Positions 18,683-28,609 of a stretch of DNA of 64,000 bases are shown piece after piece. A program made the position numbers and the translations under genes. The notes beneath the pieces are model-generated. The model ran no database searches. It was given only the letters and a program-made list of their open reading frames with translations, and had not been told where the DNA came from. This DNA is from a virus. Its lineage: Duplodnaviria; Caudoviricetes. The stretch covers positions 844 to 64,843 of the IMG/VR virus record IMGVR_UViG_3300005605_000002; one strand, 5' to 3'. Position 1 is the stretch's first letter. Every line of letters begins with the position of its first letter.

Positions 18683-19339
18683 TTAGTGAGTTTCGGTTAA
18701 TAGTTCGTAAACTTCTGAGCCTCCTAAATAAGCAAAATAAATTGACCCAATTATAAACAGGTATTTACTGCATTGAAATATTGTATCTGTGGGAACTTTA
18801 TCCATACTCTTTCGCATTATAATAAAAAGACCTATTAAACCAGCAACACCAAGTCCACCACCTAAAAGTATCTCAAAGCCTGAGTCTACACTAGATGAAA
18901 TAAGTGCCACATAGAATAATACAATCTCAAAACCTTCACGTAGTATAGCAATAAAAACGGCAAAAGACAATGCCAAACTTGCTCCAAGCGTTATTTCTTT
19001 GTCTAATGGTTTGAGTTTCGACTGTATATCCTCTTGAAAGTGATTCTTGGCCCCGTGGCACCATATTGACAGATATGCCAATACACCCGCCGCGGTGAGC
19101 ATTGTGACTCCTTCAAACCATTCTTCGTGTTCGTGTGTTAGTCCAGCAATGTATTTGAATCCCATTGCAATGACTATTGATAGTGCGATACCACTTATGA
19201 TGCCGTACCATACGTATTTCTCTTTACCTTGTGCGTGGAACTTCTTTAAATAGGTAAAGATTAACATAGCGATTAGCATCGCCTCGAACCCTTCCCTTAG
19301 AATTATAAAGAAGGACCCAGTTAGTGGTGCTAAAGTCAT
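18683..19339 (-). CDS. FTR1/EfeU family iron permease
   Basis: Two REGFE motifs, several hydrophobic TM segments. Confidence 0.9.
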   Translation of the reverse strand: MTLAPLTGSFFIILREGFEAMLIAMLIFTYLKKFHAQGKEKYVWYGIISGIALSIVIAMGFKYIAGLTHEHEEWFEGVTMLTAAGVLAYLSIWCHGAKNHFQEDIQSKLKPLDKEITLGASLALSFAVFIAILREGFEIVLFYVALISSSVDSGFEILLGGGLGVAGLIGLFIIMRKSMDKVPTDTIFQCSKYLFIIGSIYFAYLGGSEVYELLTETH

Positions 19340-20079
19340 AGTTTATCCTTTTTTACTAACTTAATCAAAGTTGCGGCTGGGTCAAACTCCCACCAGCGTT
19401 CGCCAAATTGCCATTTAGTTGGTTTATTGTGATGATTGTTATGCCACCCTTCACCCCATGTTATAAGATTTGCTAAAAAATTATTATAACTATGATCTTT
19501 TGTATTATATGTACGATATCCAAACATATGACACCAAGCATTTATTTGACCATATGCATGAAAGGCATATACAGCAGGAATACAAAATCCAAAGATAAGC
19601 AATAAAGGATCTATTAATGTTAACCCTAATGCCCAGAAAGTTATAATACTAAAGTAATGCCTATGAATCCACATAACTGTTTTATTTTTTAGTAAGTCAG
19701 CAATAAAACGTTTATCTACTTGTATACGTCCCCAATAATGAATATATATTTTCCACCAATCTTTTTGTATTGGGGAGTGAGGATCTAATTCTTTATCTGT
19801 ATATGCATGATGCATTCTATGAGCTCCTGCCCATGCTAATGGTGATCCACCCATCGCTAAAGATCCTAGAAATAAACTTATCTTTTCAAACCAAGGATGT
19901 GTTTTATAAGCCTTGTGCGACAAGTATCTATGAAATCCTGCAGATATCCCAACGCAACCAATTACGCTCCACCAACCTAGAGCCGCAAGAAACATCCACC
20001 ATTCACCATAATATATTGCGGGAACAATTGCTAAATGATTTAATATATGTATTACTCTTAACTTCGTTTCAAAACTCAT
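19336..20079 (-). CDS. membrane fatty-acid (delta-9-type) desaturase
   Basis: His boxes HRYLSH, HRMHH, HNNHH; DPHSP; GEGWHNNHH. Confidence 0.92.
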   Translation of the reverse strand: MSFETKLRVIHILNHLAIVPAIYYGEWWMFLAALGWWSVIGCVGISAGFHRYLSHKAYKTHPWFEKISLFLGSLAMGGSPLAWAGAHRMHHAYTDKELDPHSPIQKDWWKIYIHYWGRIQVDKRFIADLLKNKTVMWIHRHYFSIITFWALGLTLIDPLLLIFGFCIPAVYAFHAYGQINAWCHMFGYRTYNTKDHSYNNFLANLITWGEGWHNNHHNKPTKWQFGERWWEFDPAATLIKLVKKDKL

Positions 20080-20783
20080 AATCTGCTATCTCGCACATAG
20101 ATTTCCTTTGCTTCTTCTATAAACTCTCTAGGATAATCTTCCCTAAAACTTTCAAAACATAACATTTGCAAATTAAAAAACTCCTCTGGCTGTTCAAAGC
20201 TAATGCCCAAATTAGCCATTGCAGGAAATAATTTTTGCTTCCTATCTTCGCTAATATGACTTAACACATCTTTAACAGCAATCTGTGGTTCTTCTTCTGA
20301 ATAACAAAAGAAATAATTTATACTTTTTAATATACCATTTACGACAAAATAACTACTAGGGTGTAAACTAAATTTATAAAGACCAAGCTCGGCGTGTTTA
20401 GCAATAATATCTAACATTTGATCTTGCCAATCCGGACAGGTTTCATCAAACCCATTTACTGAACAGCTTGATTGTTCCCAAAAATCTGGGCCGTCAACTG
20501 CTAATTTAATTTTACGTTCTTCATTATTAATAGTAATAATTTTGGGAATTAAGTTAGGTGCTTCTACTTCCATAAACTGTAAAAATACAAGTTCTCGTTC
20601 CCATTTTTGATTCATTAATACAGGATCAACTACTTGATTATGTCCTTTATGATATTCAGTATCATTATAATACCATTGTATAAACTCAGTTTGATCCTCA
20701 TTCATAAGGCTTGTATAGACTAAATTATTTCTACATAATCCTTTTCCAGGGACGTTATTATAATAATAATTATATTTACTCAT
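20076..20783 (-). CDS. hypothetical protein, possible degenerate kinase-like fold
   Basis: WERELVFL..IPKII..LYKFSLHPSSYF..INYFF; likely start MSKYNYY. Confidence 0.45.
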   Translation of the reverse strand: MSKYNYYYNNVPGKGLCRNNLVYTSLMNEDQTEFIQWYYNDTEYHKGHNQVVDPVLMNQKWERELVFLQFMEVEAPNLIPKIITINNEERKIKLAVDGPDFWEQSSCSVNGFDETCPDWQDQMLDIIAKHAELGLYKFSLHPSSYFVVNGILKSINYFFCYSEEEPQIAVKDVLSHISEDRKQKLFPAMANLGISFEQPEEFFNLQMLCFESFREDYPREFIEEAKEIYVRDSRL

Positions 20784-21348
20784 AAGTTGGCCATTTTTTT
20801 GCAGTCTGTAATTGTTTAAAATATATATCAGCATTAACCCGCCATACAGTTTGGCGTGTACCTCTGTACTCTAATACTCTTGCCTTTGTATATACTCCTG
20901 TTTCTTCTAACGTAGGAGCAACAATTTTATGTACTAATCGTTGGGTACCTTCTGCATTTTCATTTGTTGTTACATAGTAATTCTTATTAGGACCTGCCCA
21001 TTTAATACCTGCAGGTTGAAAAAATTGTTGTGTAGTGGTTTGATGATTTCTTATTGTATCAGTACCACGTAATCCTTTATATTCTTTAGGCAATTGATCT
21101 GTAAATGTACATATACGACAAGCAATACGATAACTATCAGGTCCCATTTCAGGGAACGAATGTGCCGCTGTACAACCTATAACTTTTTCTTTCCACATTA
21201 ACATCCAAACTTGAAACCTATCTTCTTTAGCTAAAGAATCAACTAACATCTTTTTAGAATTGTTATTAACAAATCCTTTTTGTTGTGCGGTTGCGTAAAA
21301 TTCAGTAAGGTCTAATGTATCCGAGTATGGTATTAACTTAAAAGCCAT
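20776..21348 (-). CDS. GNAT-like acyltransferase
   Basis: VIGCTAAH..YRI..R, YVTTN pattern; 190 aa. Confidence 0.45.
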   Translation of the reverse strand: MAFKLIPYSDTLDLTEFYATAQQKGFVNNNSKKMLVDSLAKEDRFQVWMLMWKEKVIGCTAAHSFPEMGPDSYRIACRICTFTDQLPKEYKGLRGTDTIRNHQTTTQQFFQPAGIKWAGPNKNYYVTTNENAEGTQRLVHKIVAPTLEETGVYTKARVLEYRGTRQTVWRVNADIYFKQLQTAKKWPTYE

Positions 21349-21349
21349 A

Positions 21350-22159
21350 TTAGTAATGCTCTAGGTGAGCTATACCTATCTGCTTTCTGAACTTGTCTGT
21401 GAACACACAGTCAATTCGTAAGCTATATTCTTGTTCGTTGCTGACATCACCACCATGCCAATCTTGATCATTCCAAAATGCCGCATTGGCATTAATGTAT
21501 GTTTTGTTTTTTGCTTCAGGATCCCATATATAGAAGCCTCTTTTAGTTCTATACCTTATATGAATAAACTCATTGTTATGTGGACTAAAGCCTTGTTCGG
21601 TACCTTTAGAGCCATCTAGGTCTCTGTGTTCAAATGCTTTACCACCATGTTCACAATGAAAAAATATAACTCGTCCTATTTGTGTAATAACATTTTTTTC
21701 AATTAATTCTGTAACCCACTTTACAACACCAGGAAAATATTGTTGTTCTGGTGTAGGAGTACGTTTGGCATTGCGTTTGTGCCAGTCGCCTTCTTCCCAA
21801 AGAAAATAATATATGTAAGGATCGTTTGCTCCTAAGGCTGATTTTAAATATCTTGTAAATAAATTTCTTTGTTTATAATCTTTAAAATCTTTTGGAAATA
21901 ACTCTGCACCTTGAACCTTAATAGGATCATTATCAGGTAATGCTTCATATTCCGCAAATGCTTTGTATATAGGTTTCCAATCTATAATATAGCTCATGTC
22001 GTCAAACGTAAACCCAGGCTTCATCCATGTGCCTTCTTTTGCATAGTCCCTTGCTAAAGCAAATCCTTTGCAAATTTCTGGGTGTAATTCTTTAAACCCG
22101 TCTACATCTAAATAATTATCTAATGCAATATATGGTTGCCCACCAATTCCTCTAATCAT
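21350..22159 (-). CDS. AspH/2OG-Fe(II)-like hydroxylase
   Basis: GRV..EHRD..WHG..SLRID double-stranded beta-helix pattern. Confidence 0.6.
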   Translation of the reverse strand: MIRGIGGQPYIALDNYLDVDGFKELHPEICKGFALARDYAKEGTWMKPGFTFDDMSYIIDWKPIYKAFAEYEALPDNDPIKVQGAELFPKDFKDYKQRNLFTRYLKSALGANDPYIYYFLWEEGDWHKRNAKRTPTPEQQYFPGVVKWVTELIEKNVITQIGRVIFFHCEHGGKAFEHRDLDGSKGTEQGFSPHNNEFIHIRYRTKRGFYIWDPEAKNKTYINANAAFWNDQDWHGGDVSNEQEYSLRIDCVFTDKFRKQIGIAHLEHY

Positions 22160-23060
22160 GATTATACTCCAAATATCTAATTAAAGGCGAAAGCCCATAA
22201 TTAATTTCGCCCTTTCGGGCCATATGAATTGCTTTAGTTTGTGTTAAACCAAAGTCTTTACAAATCTTTTCATTACGATCTTTATGTGTAGACCACAAAT
22301 GATCTGGTAATAAGTTATCTAAAAAATACAATCCAACTGCTACAGGGTATGTAGTTATTTGATGATAATCTTTTAATATATTAATAGTATCACTACCATT
22401 ACGTTTTCTTTTCCAACGTATTCCTATACGATTCCAACCAGCAGTACCATATCCTTTACTCATGCTTATAGCAAAAGAATGTATAGCAGGATGATCATAA
22501 TTAAAACAGATATCTTTACTAGCAGGAATCCATGCTGAATCAATATGCAACGGTATATGTCTTTGCAAACATACTTCTAAAATTTTATTCATCTCTGGAT
22601 GTTCTTGACCGTGAAAACTAAAAGGTAAACTAATAACTAACGGAACGTTGGCTCTTAATGATTCAATTGTTTTATATTGTAAATTAGGATTTATTAATTC
22701 ATGATATTTGTATTCATTTTTTAAAACCTGTATTTCTTTATTCATAACATATAGGTCATCAAAAAATTGTGTACAGCCTGCAATAATATTTACTTCTTCA
22801 AATGCATCAAACCCAGTTAAATGGTTATACATAGATGCTGTTATATGATTAGTAAAATTATGTTTAAATCTTTCAAATAAATCTTCACCAACGTTTTCCT
22901 TTAACGTCATTAATGTATGATCTAAAAATTCAATATTCTTAGTTTTTAAATTATGTATTAATTCCTCTATTCTTTTATCAAATAAAGGGACCATTCCTCC
23001 TAGCCTATCAGCGTTGATATGTTCTTCTGTATATGTGTCAGGAACTTGTATAAGATTCAT
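22152..23060 (-). CDS. PLP-dependent fold-type I enzyme
   Basis: HIDSAW, SMSKG (Schiff-base Lys), RIG. Confidence 0.7.
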   Translation of the reverse strand: MNLIQVPDTYTEEHINADRLGGMVPLFDKRIEELIHNLKTKNIEFLDHTLMTLKENVGEDLFERFKHNFTNHITASMYNHLTGFDAFEEVNIIAGCTQFFDDLYVMNKEIQVLKNEYKYHELINPNLQYKTIESLRANVPLVISLPFSFHGQEHPEMNKILEVCLQRHIPLHIDSAWIPASKDICFNYDHPAIHSFAISMSKGYGTAGWNRIGIRWKRKRNGSDTINILKDYHQITTYPVAVGLYFLDNLLPDHLWSTHKDRNEKICKDFGLTQTKAIHMARKGEINYGLSPLIRYLEYNHD

Positions 23061-23581
23061 TATCTATATCCTAGAAAGTTAAATTGGAACTTTGGTTCGC
23101 TCCCACAGTTTGCTCCAGCATGGTATAACTTATAATTAGGCCATTCATGGATTGTTCCTTGAGCTTCGTTATAAAAACATTCATCACCTAACATAAACAC
23201 ATGGCCTGGAGAAGGTTTACTTATACTTGCATGATATCTAACTAACTCGCCCTTCTTTAAATATGCTTCTTCATTATCATCATAATCCCAATGCCACGGT
23301 GCTGTTTTTCCTGGATTAACTTTGCTAATCCACGCACGAACGCATTCTTTGTTTACAAGATCACTAAATTCCTTTACTACACGAACATTAAAATCTACTC
23401 CGGGATAATAATTAAACCATTCAATTGATTCTGCTGGATAGTCTTTTAAATCTTCTATCATCTTTTGTACTTCTGGTTCATCTATCGGTAATCTAAGAGG
23501 AGCATTAAGACCTGGCTTGTCTCTAATTTCTTCTAAGACCGGATTCCAATTAATAAGGGTACATTTATTAACTATCTTCAT
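23060..23581 (-). CDS. aspartyl/asparaginyl beta-hydroxylase-like protein
   Basis: ISKVNPG..PWHWD..RYH..YHAGAN. Confidence 0.7.
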   Translation of the reverse strand: MKIVNKCTLINWNPVLEEIRDKPGLNAPLRLPIDEPEVQKMIEDLKDYPAESIEWFNYYPGVDFNVRVVKEFSDLVNKECVRAWISKVNPGKTAPWHWDYDDNEEAYLKKGELVRYHASISKPSPGHVFMLGDECFYNEAQGTIHEWPNYKLYHAGANCGSEPKFQFNFLGYR

Positions 23582-24146
23582 TTAATCCCCACACATTATT
23601 AATTTTGCTGTATCTATATGCTTCCTTCATATCAACTATACCATTTAATTCTTTGAATTGTAAAAAAAGGTCTCTTGATCGTTTTGATAAAATAGGATTA
23701 ATATGATCAAACATAACAATTTGATCTGGGAATACACATCCATAAAGATCCATTAGATGCATTTTTCCTTCTTCTAAATAAAAACAATGTGTAAACAAAT
23801 TTAATTTATAAATATTTCCACGTTCTAAGTCTTCAATAATTCTACTAACTTGTTCTCTCCAATTATCAGGTGCTCTACCTTCATGAATTAAATGGTTTAA
23901 GTTATTGTACCAGGCATGGTGTGGAAGATAGATCTTCATGTTTTCAATATCTATTTTATCTATATCTGGTGCATAATCTTTTTCAGATAATCTCTCAATA
24001 TGCTCTATTTCTTTCTGGAATATAAGCTCATTAGAGAAATGCATTAAGTATTGATTTTCACTTTGATAGGCTTCGTATGCTAAACTACCTCTTTCTAATT
24101 TACCGTCAATAATTTTACGGAATTCTTTCCATTTAGTTTCAGTCAA
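23568..24146 (-). CDS. hypothetical protein, possible kinase-like fold
   Basis: KEIEHIERL..APDI..IYKLNL..HLMDLYG (DFG-like). Confidence 0.45.
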   Translation of the reverse strand: MTETKWKEFRKIIDGKLERGSLAYEAYQSENQYLMHFSNELIFQKEIEHIERLSEKDYAPDIDKIDIENMKIYLPHHAWYNNLNHLIHEGRAPDNWREQVSRIIEDLERGNIYKLNLFTHCFYLEEGKMHLMDLYGCVFPDQIVMFDHINPILSKRSRDLFLQFKELNGIVDMKEAYRYSKINNVWGLNEDS

Positions 24147-24813
24147 TTTTTAACTCCATGTCTAACTCCGACACCTCTATTAATGTTTTAAACTCATCAA
24201 TATATTTTTTTTCTAGATCCAGATTTAGTTCTGTTTCACTAATCGGCTCAAAGTTATCAATTATCCCTTTTTTGTTTGCACGATTCAGCCACGGGCTAAA
24301 CACCATATCAAAACGGTAACGTAAATCAAATACGTCGTATCGAACTGTTAAATTAATCCTAGCTGGATCTTTTAGTTTATTGTGCGTTAGTAGTTTCCTT
24401 ACTACTAGTTCTGCTCTAGGTAGATGACCAAAATTAACGGCTGAATGGATAATACTACCATCCATTAAAAAAATTGTATCGTCAACTGTAGTTGCGTTCA
24501 TAATGCGATTGTCCATATCGATTAAATAACTACTTTCTGCATCTAATGTTAAATGGTATCGATCATCAATGTCGGCATGTTCAGAATAACACGTACCTTC
24601 TTTTATTAACATAACTCTTGCCTGGCCTGCTTCAGGCAATTTATTATATAAAGTTTCTAATGCTGTACCTTTATACTGGGGCAATAATTCCCAAGGATCA
24701 TAAAAAAAATTACCAGTTGGACTGGATAATTCGTTTTTTCCTTCTTCTAATTGCGGTAATATATCAAGGATTTCCTGTGCATCAGCATAGATAAATGTGT
24801 TTTTCAAAAGCAT
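24139..24813 (-). CDS. AspH-like hydroxylase domain protein
   Basis: QARV..EHADIDDRYH..HSAVNFG..R. Confidence 0.65.
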   Translation of the reverse strand: MLLKNTFIYADAQEILDILPQLEEGKNELSSPTGNFFYDPWELLPQYKGTALETLYNKLPEAGQARVMLIKEGTCYSEHADIDDRYHLTLDAESSYLIDMDNRIMNATTVDDTIFLMDGSIIHSAVNFGHLPRAELVVRKLLTHNKLKDPARINLTVRYDVFDLRYRFDMVFSPWLNRANKKGIIDNFEPISETELNLDLEKKYIDEFKTLIEVSELDMELKID

Positions 24814-24870
24814 ATATATACTTACCGTAAATTGTTAACTGGCCAGTTAAATGCGGTAAATACTGTTATG
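24811..24870. promoter_or_regulatory. symmetric divergent promoter with central palindrome
   Basis: CGGTAARTA-N5-ATG on both strands around perfect TTAACTGGCCAGTTAA (24835-24850). Confidence 0.7.
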
Positions 24871-25644
24871 CTAAAAGATACAAAATATGCAGAAAATATT
24901 GTTAAGTATGATGACGTAGAATTTCCTGTATTAACTAACTGGAGAAATATTGGCATTAGTTTAAGTGGCGGAGCCGATAGTGCATTATTGGCTTATTTAA
25001 TTTGTTCAAATGTTCCCCATACAACTAATATACATATTTTAACTAATATTAGAATGTGGAAAACAAGACCTTGGCAAAAATATAATGCATTAGCTGTATA
25101 TAACTGGTTAGAAGTAAGATTTCCAGATCATAGATTTACTATGCATCAAAACTTTATTCCGCCTGATTTAGAATGGGGAGATAAAGGGCCTACTATTATA
25201 GATGAATATGGTAAACTAAAAAGTGGTAATCAAATTATTCTACGTTCTCATGCAGAATATATTGCATTTAGATACGGATTAGATGCTTGGTTTGCCGGCG
25301 TAAACAAAAATCCTATTGAAGACTTTAAAGGTAAGCTAGACGATAGAGATATTGACCCTTCCGAAGACTTAACACCTTTAGTTAGAGAACACATGGGTGT
25401 AACAGTTTGTCATCCTTTTATCTATACACGTAAAGACTGGATTATTAAACAATATTACGATCATAATATTAGAGGACTATTAATACTTACTCGTAGTTGC
25501 GAAGGTGATAAAACACATTATCCTGAAGTCTTTGGTGACCTAGATTATAAAACTTACGTTCCAGGACAAGCTGTTCCAGAATGCGGAAAATGTTTTTGGT
25601 GTAAAGAACGCAACTGGGCTATAAAACAAAATGACCTCAACTAA
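24868..25644 (+). CDS. QueC-like PP-loop ATPase
   Basis: ISLSGGADS PP-loop, TRSC...CGKCFWCKER Zn motif. Confidence 0.7.
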   Translation: MLKDTKYAENIVKYDDVEFPVLTNWRNIGISLSGGADSALLAYLICSNVPHTTNIHILTNIRMWKTRPWQKYNALAVYNWLEVRFPDHRFTMHQNFIPPDLEWGDKGPTIIDEYGKLKSGNQIILRSHAEYIAFRYGLDAWFAGVNKNPIEDFKGKLDDRDIDPSEDLTPLVREHMGVTVCHPFIYTRKDWIIKQYYDHNIRGLLILTRSCEGDKTHYPEVFGDLDYKTYVPGQAVPECGKCFWCKERNWAIKQNDLN

Positions 25645-26905
25645 AAAATCATGTACATATTGTATGCACCCTTTTACGGGGTTGGCAACACGAGAAGACG
25701 GCGCAATTAAAATTTGCTGTCGTAGTCAACCTATTGGTTGGATACAAAACGAAACTTTAGAAGAAGCATGGAACAATGATACAATGCGTAAAGTTCGTAA
25801 ACAAGTATTAAACAACGAACGTCCTGAAGTATGTAAACCTTGCTTTGATTTAGAAGACCAGGGTGTAGAAAGTTTACGCCAACGACATATTAGTGATGTT
25901 ATTCCAGAGTCTAGAATTAATTTATATCCAGACGCATTAGAAACACTAAATGACGATTACACAATGCCATTTGAATTACCTACAATGGAAATTAAAATTA
26001 ATAATTTGTGTAATTTAAAATGTCGTATGTGCAATCCGTTAGATAGTACACAATGGAAAGATTGGAACTCTATTGTACATCATTATAAAGCTGAAAACAA
26101 CTACCTTGTCAAGGCTGTAGAAAACTTAGGATTAACTAAAGCACCTTATGTAGGCTTGTTTGATAATAGTCCTAATTGGTGGGAAAGTTTTGAAAAACTA
26201 TTACCGCACTTTAGACGAGTAGAATTTGCTGGTGGTGAACCGTTAATGGACCCAATGCATTATAAAATTTTAGATATGTTAGCCCCGTATGGCGATAATA
26301 TTGAAATTAAGTATGCTACAAACGGAACTGTATTAGGAATTAAAGGGGGTCGCACTATCTATGACTATTGGCCTAAATTTAAAAGTGTAGCTGTTAATGT
26401 TAGTATTGACGGGTTATGGAAAATATATGAATACATTCGTAGTGGCGGTAACTTTAAAGAAGTTGTCGAGAACGTTAACGCAATTAAACAATTTCCAAAT
26501 GTAAGTAGAGTTGTTGGTGCATTTACTGTTCAAGCTAATAATATATTACAACTACCAAAGGTTATTGAATACTTTTTAAATGATCTGGAGATAGTGTTTT
26601 ATAGCCATAGAGTACAATACCCTAGAGTATTAAGTGCTCAAGTTTTACCTAAACCTTTAAAAGATGATGTAATTAGACAACTAAATGATATGTATACTAA
26701 GATAGATAGCTATAAGTTAGTAAAAAAACATCCTATATTGAAAAAGATTACACAACAACAAATTACTGACAATATAAACTTTTTAGAAGCAAAAGATTTA
26801 TCAGAATATTGGCAAGACTGTATTGCATTTAATAAAACATTAGACTCTAGAAGAAATCAAGGACCATTTGATGTAATCAATCCTGAGTTCGCTAATTATG
26901 TTTAG
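25631..26905 (+). CDS. radical SAM protein with N-terminal Twitch/SPASM-like domain
   Basis: CMHPF..ICC..CKPC then CNLKCRMC, AGGEP, TNG. Confidence 0.9.
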   Translation: MTSTKKSCTYCMHPFTGLATREDGAIKICCRSQPIGWIQNETLEEAWNNDTMRKVRKQVLNNERPEVCKPCFDLEDQGVESLRQRHISDVIPESRINLYPDALETLNDDYTMPFELPTMEIKINNLCNLKCRMCNPLDSTQWKDWNSIVHHYKAENNYLVKAVENLGLTKAPYVGLFDNSPNWWESFEKLLPHFRRVEFAGGEPLMDPMHYKILDMLAPYGDNIEIKYATNGTVLGIKGGRTIYDYWPKFKSVAVNVSIDGLWKIYEYIRSGGNFKEVVENVNAIKQFPNVSRVVGAFTVQANNILQLPKVIEYFLNDLEIVFYSHRVQYPRVLSAQVLPKPLKDDVIRQLNDMYTKIDSYKLVKKHPILKKITQQQITDNINFLEAKDLSEYWQDCIAFNKTLDSRRNQGPFDVINPEFANYV

Positions 26906-27725
26906 AATACTATTTAAAAATAATAAAGATAGTAAATGGGTATACTTCGATACATATGATACTAATATTGCTAAAAAGTGGTATAAGGAATTATATAATC
27001 ATAACGAACTTTATGAGAATACAAGATTTACTGATTGGCCAGGGCAGGATAAAAGATATTATATTAAATTAATTAATAAACAAATTGAAATTATCAATAG
27101 ATATGATAGAGTAATAGATATATTTGTAACTAACTGCACTGATTTAAATTTATTGCATACGTACTTTGAAGACTTACGAGGTGATATTACTGAAGGTACA
27201 CAATGGTTTAACAATGCACCTAAAGAAATAAAAGTAGCTGTTGAACAATTTAATATCTTAATTCACGAATATGAATCACAAAAAAGAGGCAATGCGGCTA
27301 CCATTGTTGTAACATTTAAAGATAGGCCTAGACAAAAATTAGAGTTAGCAAACTATGACGATTTTACATTTAAATGGCAATTTGGTTGTGTATATATTAA
27401 CTATTGTCATGTAGGTAAAAATATGTTAGACATTTTTAAAGACAAAGATCAATATACTACAGATGTACCACAAACACATTATAGTTCTGATTTTATGATA
27501 AAATTTGGTAGAAGTGTTAATTGGGTTATGCATACTTTAAGAAAGCTTCAAATCAAACTATGGCTTAACAAAAAAGGTTATACGTTTAAAAAGAATAGCT
27601 TTGGGATGATTCCTGTTGCTAAAATTAATCTTATTAAAAGTGGATTAAATCATAAATCATATAAAGATATTATAGAAACTCTTTCAGTGTATAATAAAAT
27701 TGGAACTATACAATGTTTAAGGTAG
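26898..27725 (+). CDS. hypothetical protein
   Basis: 275 aa coupled ORF; LLHTYFE, LIHEYE, YCHVGK His motifs. Confidence 0.7.
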   Translation: MFRILFKNNKDSKWVYFDTYDTNIAKKWYKELYNHNELYENTRFTDWPGQDKRYYIKLINKQIEIINRYDRVIDIFVTNCTDLNLLHTYFEDLRGDITEGTQWFNNAPKEIKVAVEQFNILIHEYESQKRGNAATIVVTFKDRPRQKLELANYDDFTFKWQFGCVYINYCHVGKNMLDIFKDKDQYTTDVPQTHYSSDFMIKFGRSVNWVMHTLRKLQIKLWLNKKGYTFKKNSFGMIPVAKINLIKSGLNHKSYKDIIETLSVYNKIGTIQCLR

Positions 27726-28609
27726 AAAACAAATATCCCCATTATGCAGAAAGTATTAAGGTTGAATGGAACCTAGGCAAACGATGCAATTATGACTGTT
27801 CGTATTGCCCAGCAGAAATTCATGACATGGTTAGCGAACATACTGATATTCAAATTCTTAAAAATACTGTAGACGAATTATCTAAACTCAAAAATGTAAG
27901 AATTAGTTTTACAGGAGGAGAACCATTTGTTCATCCTGATATTACTACTTTATTAAACTATGCTCGTCCTAAAGTTAGCTGGATTAATGTAACTACAAAT
28001 GGTACAAGAACCAAAAACTTTTATGTTGATATGCTCCAAAAATATCTAGATCATATAGTGTTTAGTTTGCATTTTGAGTACGATTGGGAGCGTGTTTTAG
28101 AGACCATTATAAGCGTACATAATACATCTAAAAACAAGATGGTACTTGTACATGTCATGATGATTAACCAACGCTTAAACGACGTTATAGACGCTTGTAG
28201 ACGCCTTTCTAATGCAGGAATACCCTATGCTTTACGTCCTATACGCTGGACTGAAACACATGATATTTTTGAAGATTTGGAACGCTATTCTAAGGAAGAA
28301 TTGGACTTTTTAAAGACCGAAAATCACAATCCTCCAACTAATACATTGATTGATAACACTATTGAATGTAATGTAAACGACTTGCTTATCAATAAAACAA
28401 ACGGATTTAAAGGCTGGACTTGCCAGGCAGGTCTGGAAAGTTTAATGATAAATTGGGATGGTGATGTACACCGTGCTACTTGTAGAGTAGGCGGTAGTTT
28501 GGGTAACATTTATAAAGGTAGTTTTAAAAAACCTACTGAATCTATTACGTGTACTAGGGAATGGTGTACTTGCGCCGCAGATATTAATATTACGAAATAT
28601 ACTTCGTAA
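27713..28609 (+). CDS. radical SAM protein with C-terminal Cys cluster
   Basis: CNYDCSYC, TGGEP, WTCQAG..TC..CTREWCTCAAD. Confidence 0.9.
   Translation: MFKVENKYPHYAESIKVEWNLGKRCNYDCSYCPAEIHDMVSEHTDIQILKNTVDELSKLKNVRISFTGGEPFVHPDITTLLNYARPKVSWINVTTNGTRTKNFYVDMLQKYLDHIVFSLHFEYDWERVLETIISVHNTSKNKMVLVHVMMINQRLNDVIDACRRLSNAGIPYALRPIRWTETHDIFEDLERYSKEELDFLKTENHNPPTNTLIDNTIECNVNDLLINKTNGFKGWTCQAGLESLMINWDGDVHRATCRVGGSLGNIYKGSFKKPTESITCTREWCTCAADINITKYTS

Noticed and set aside
24832-24867. TTG-initiated N-terminal extension of the QueC-like gene
   Set aside because: Overlaps the palindrome and promoter; ATG 24868 mirrors the divergent gene's geometry
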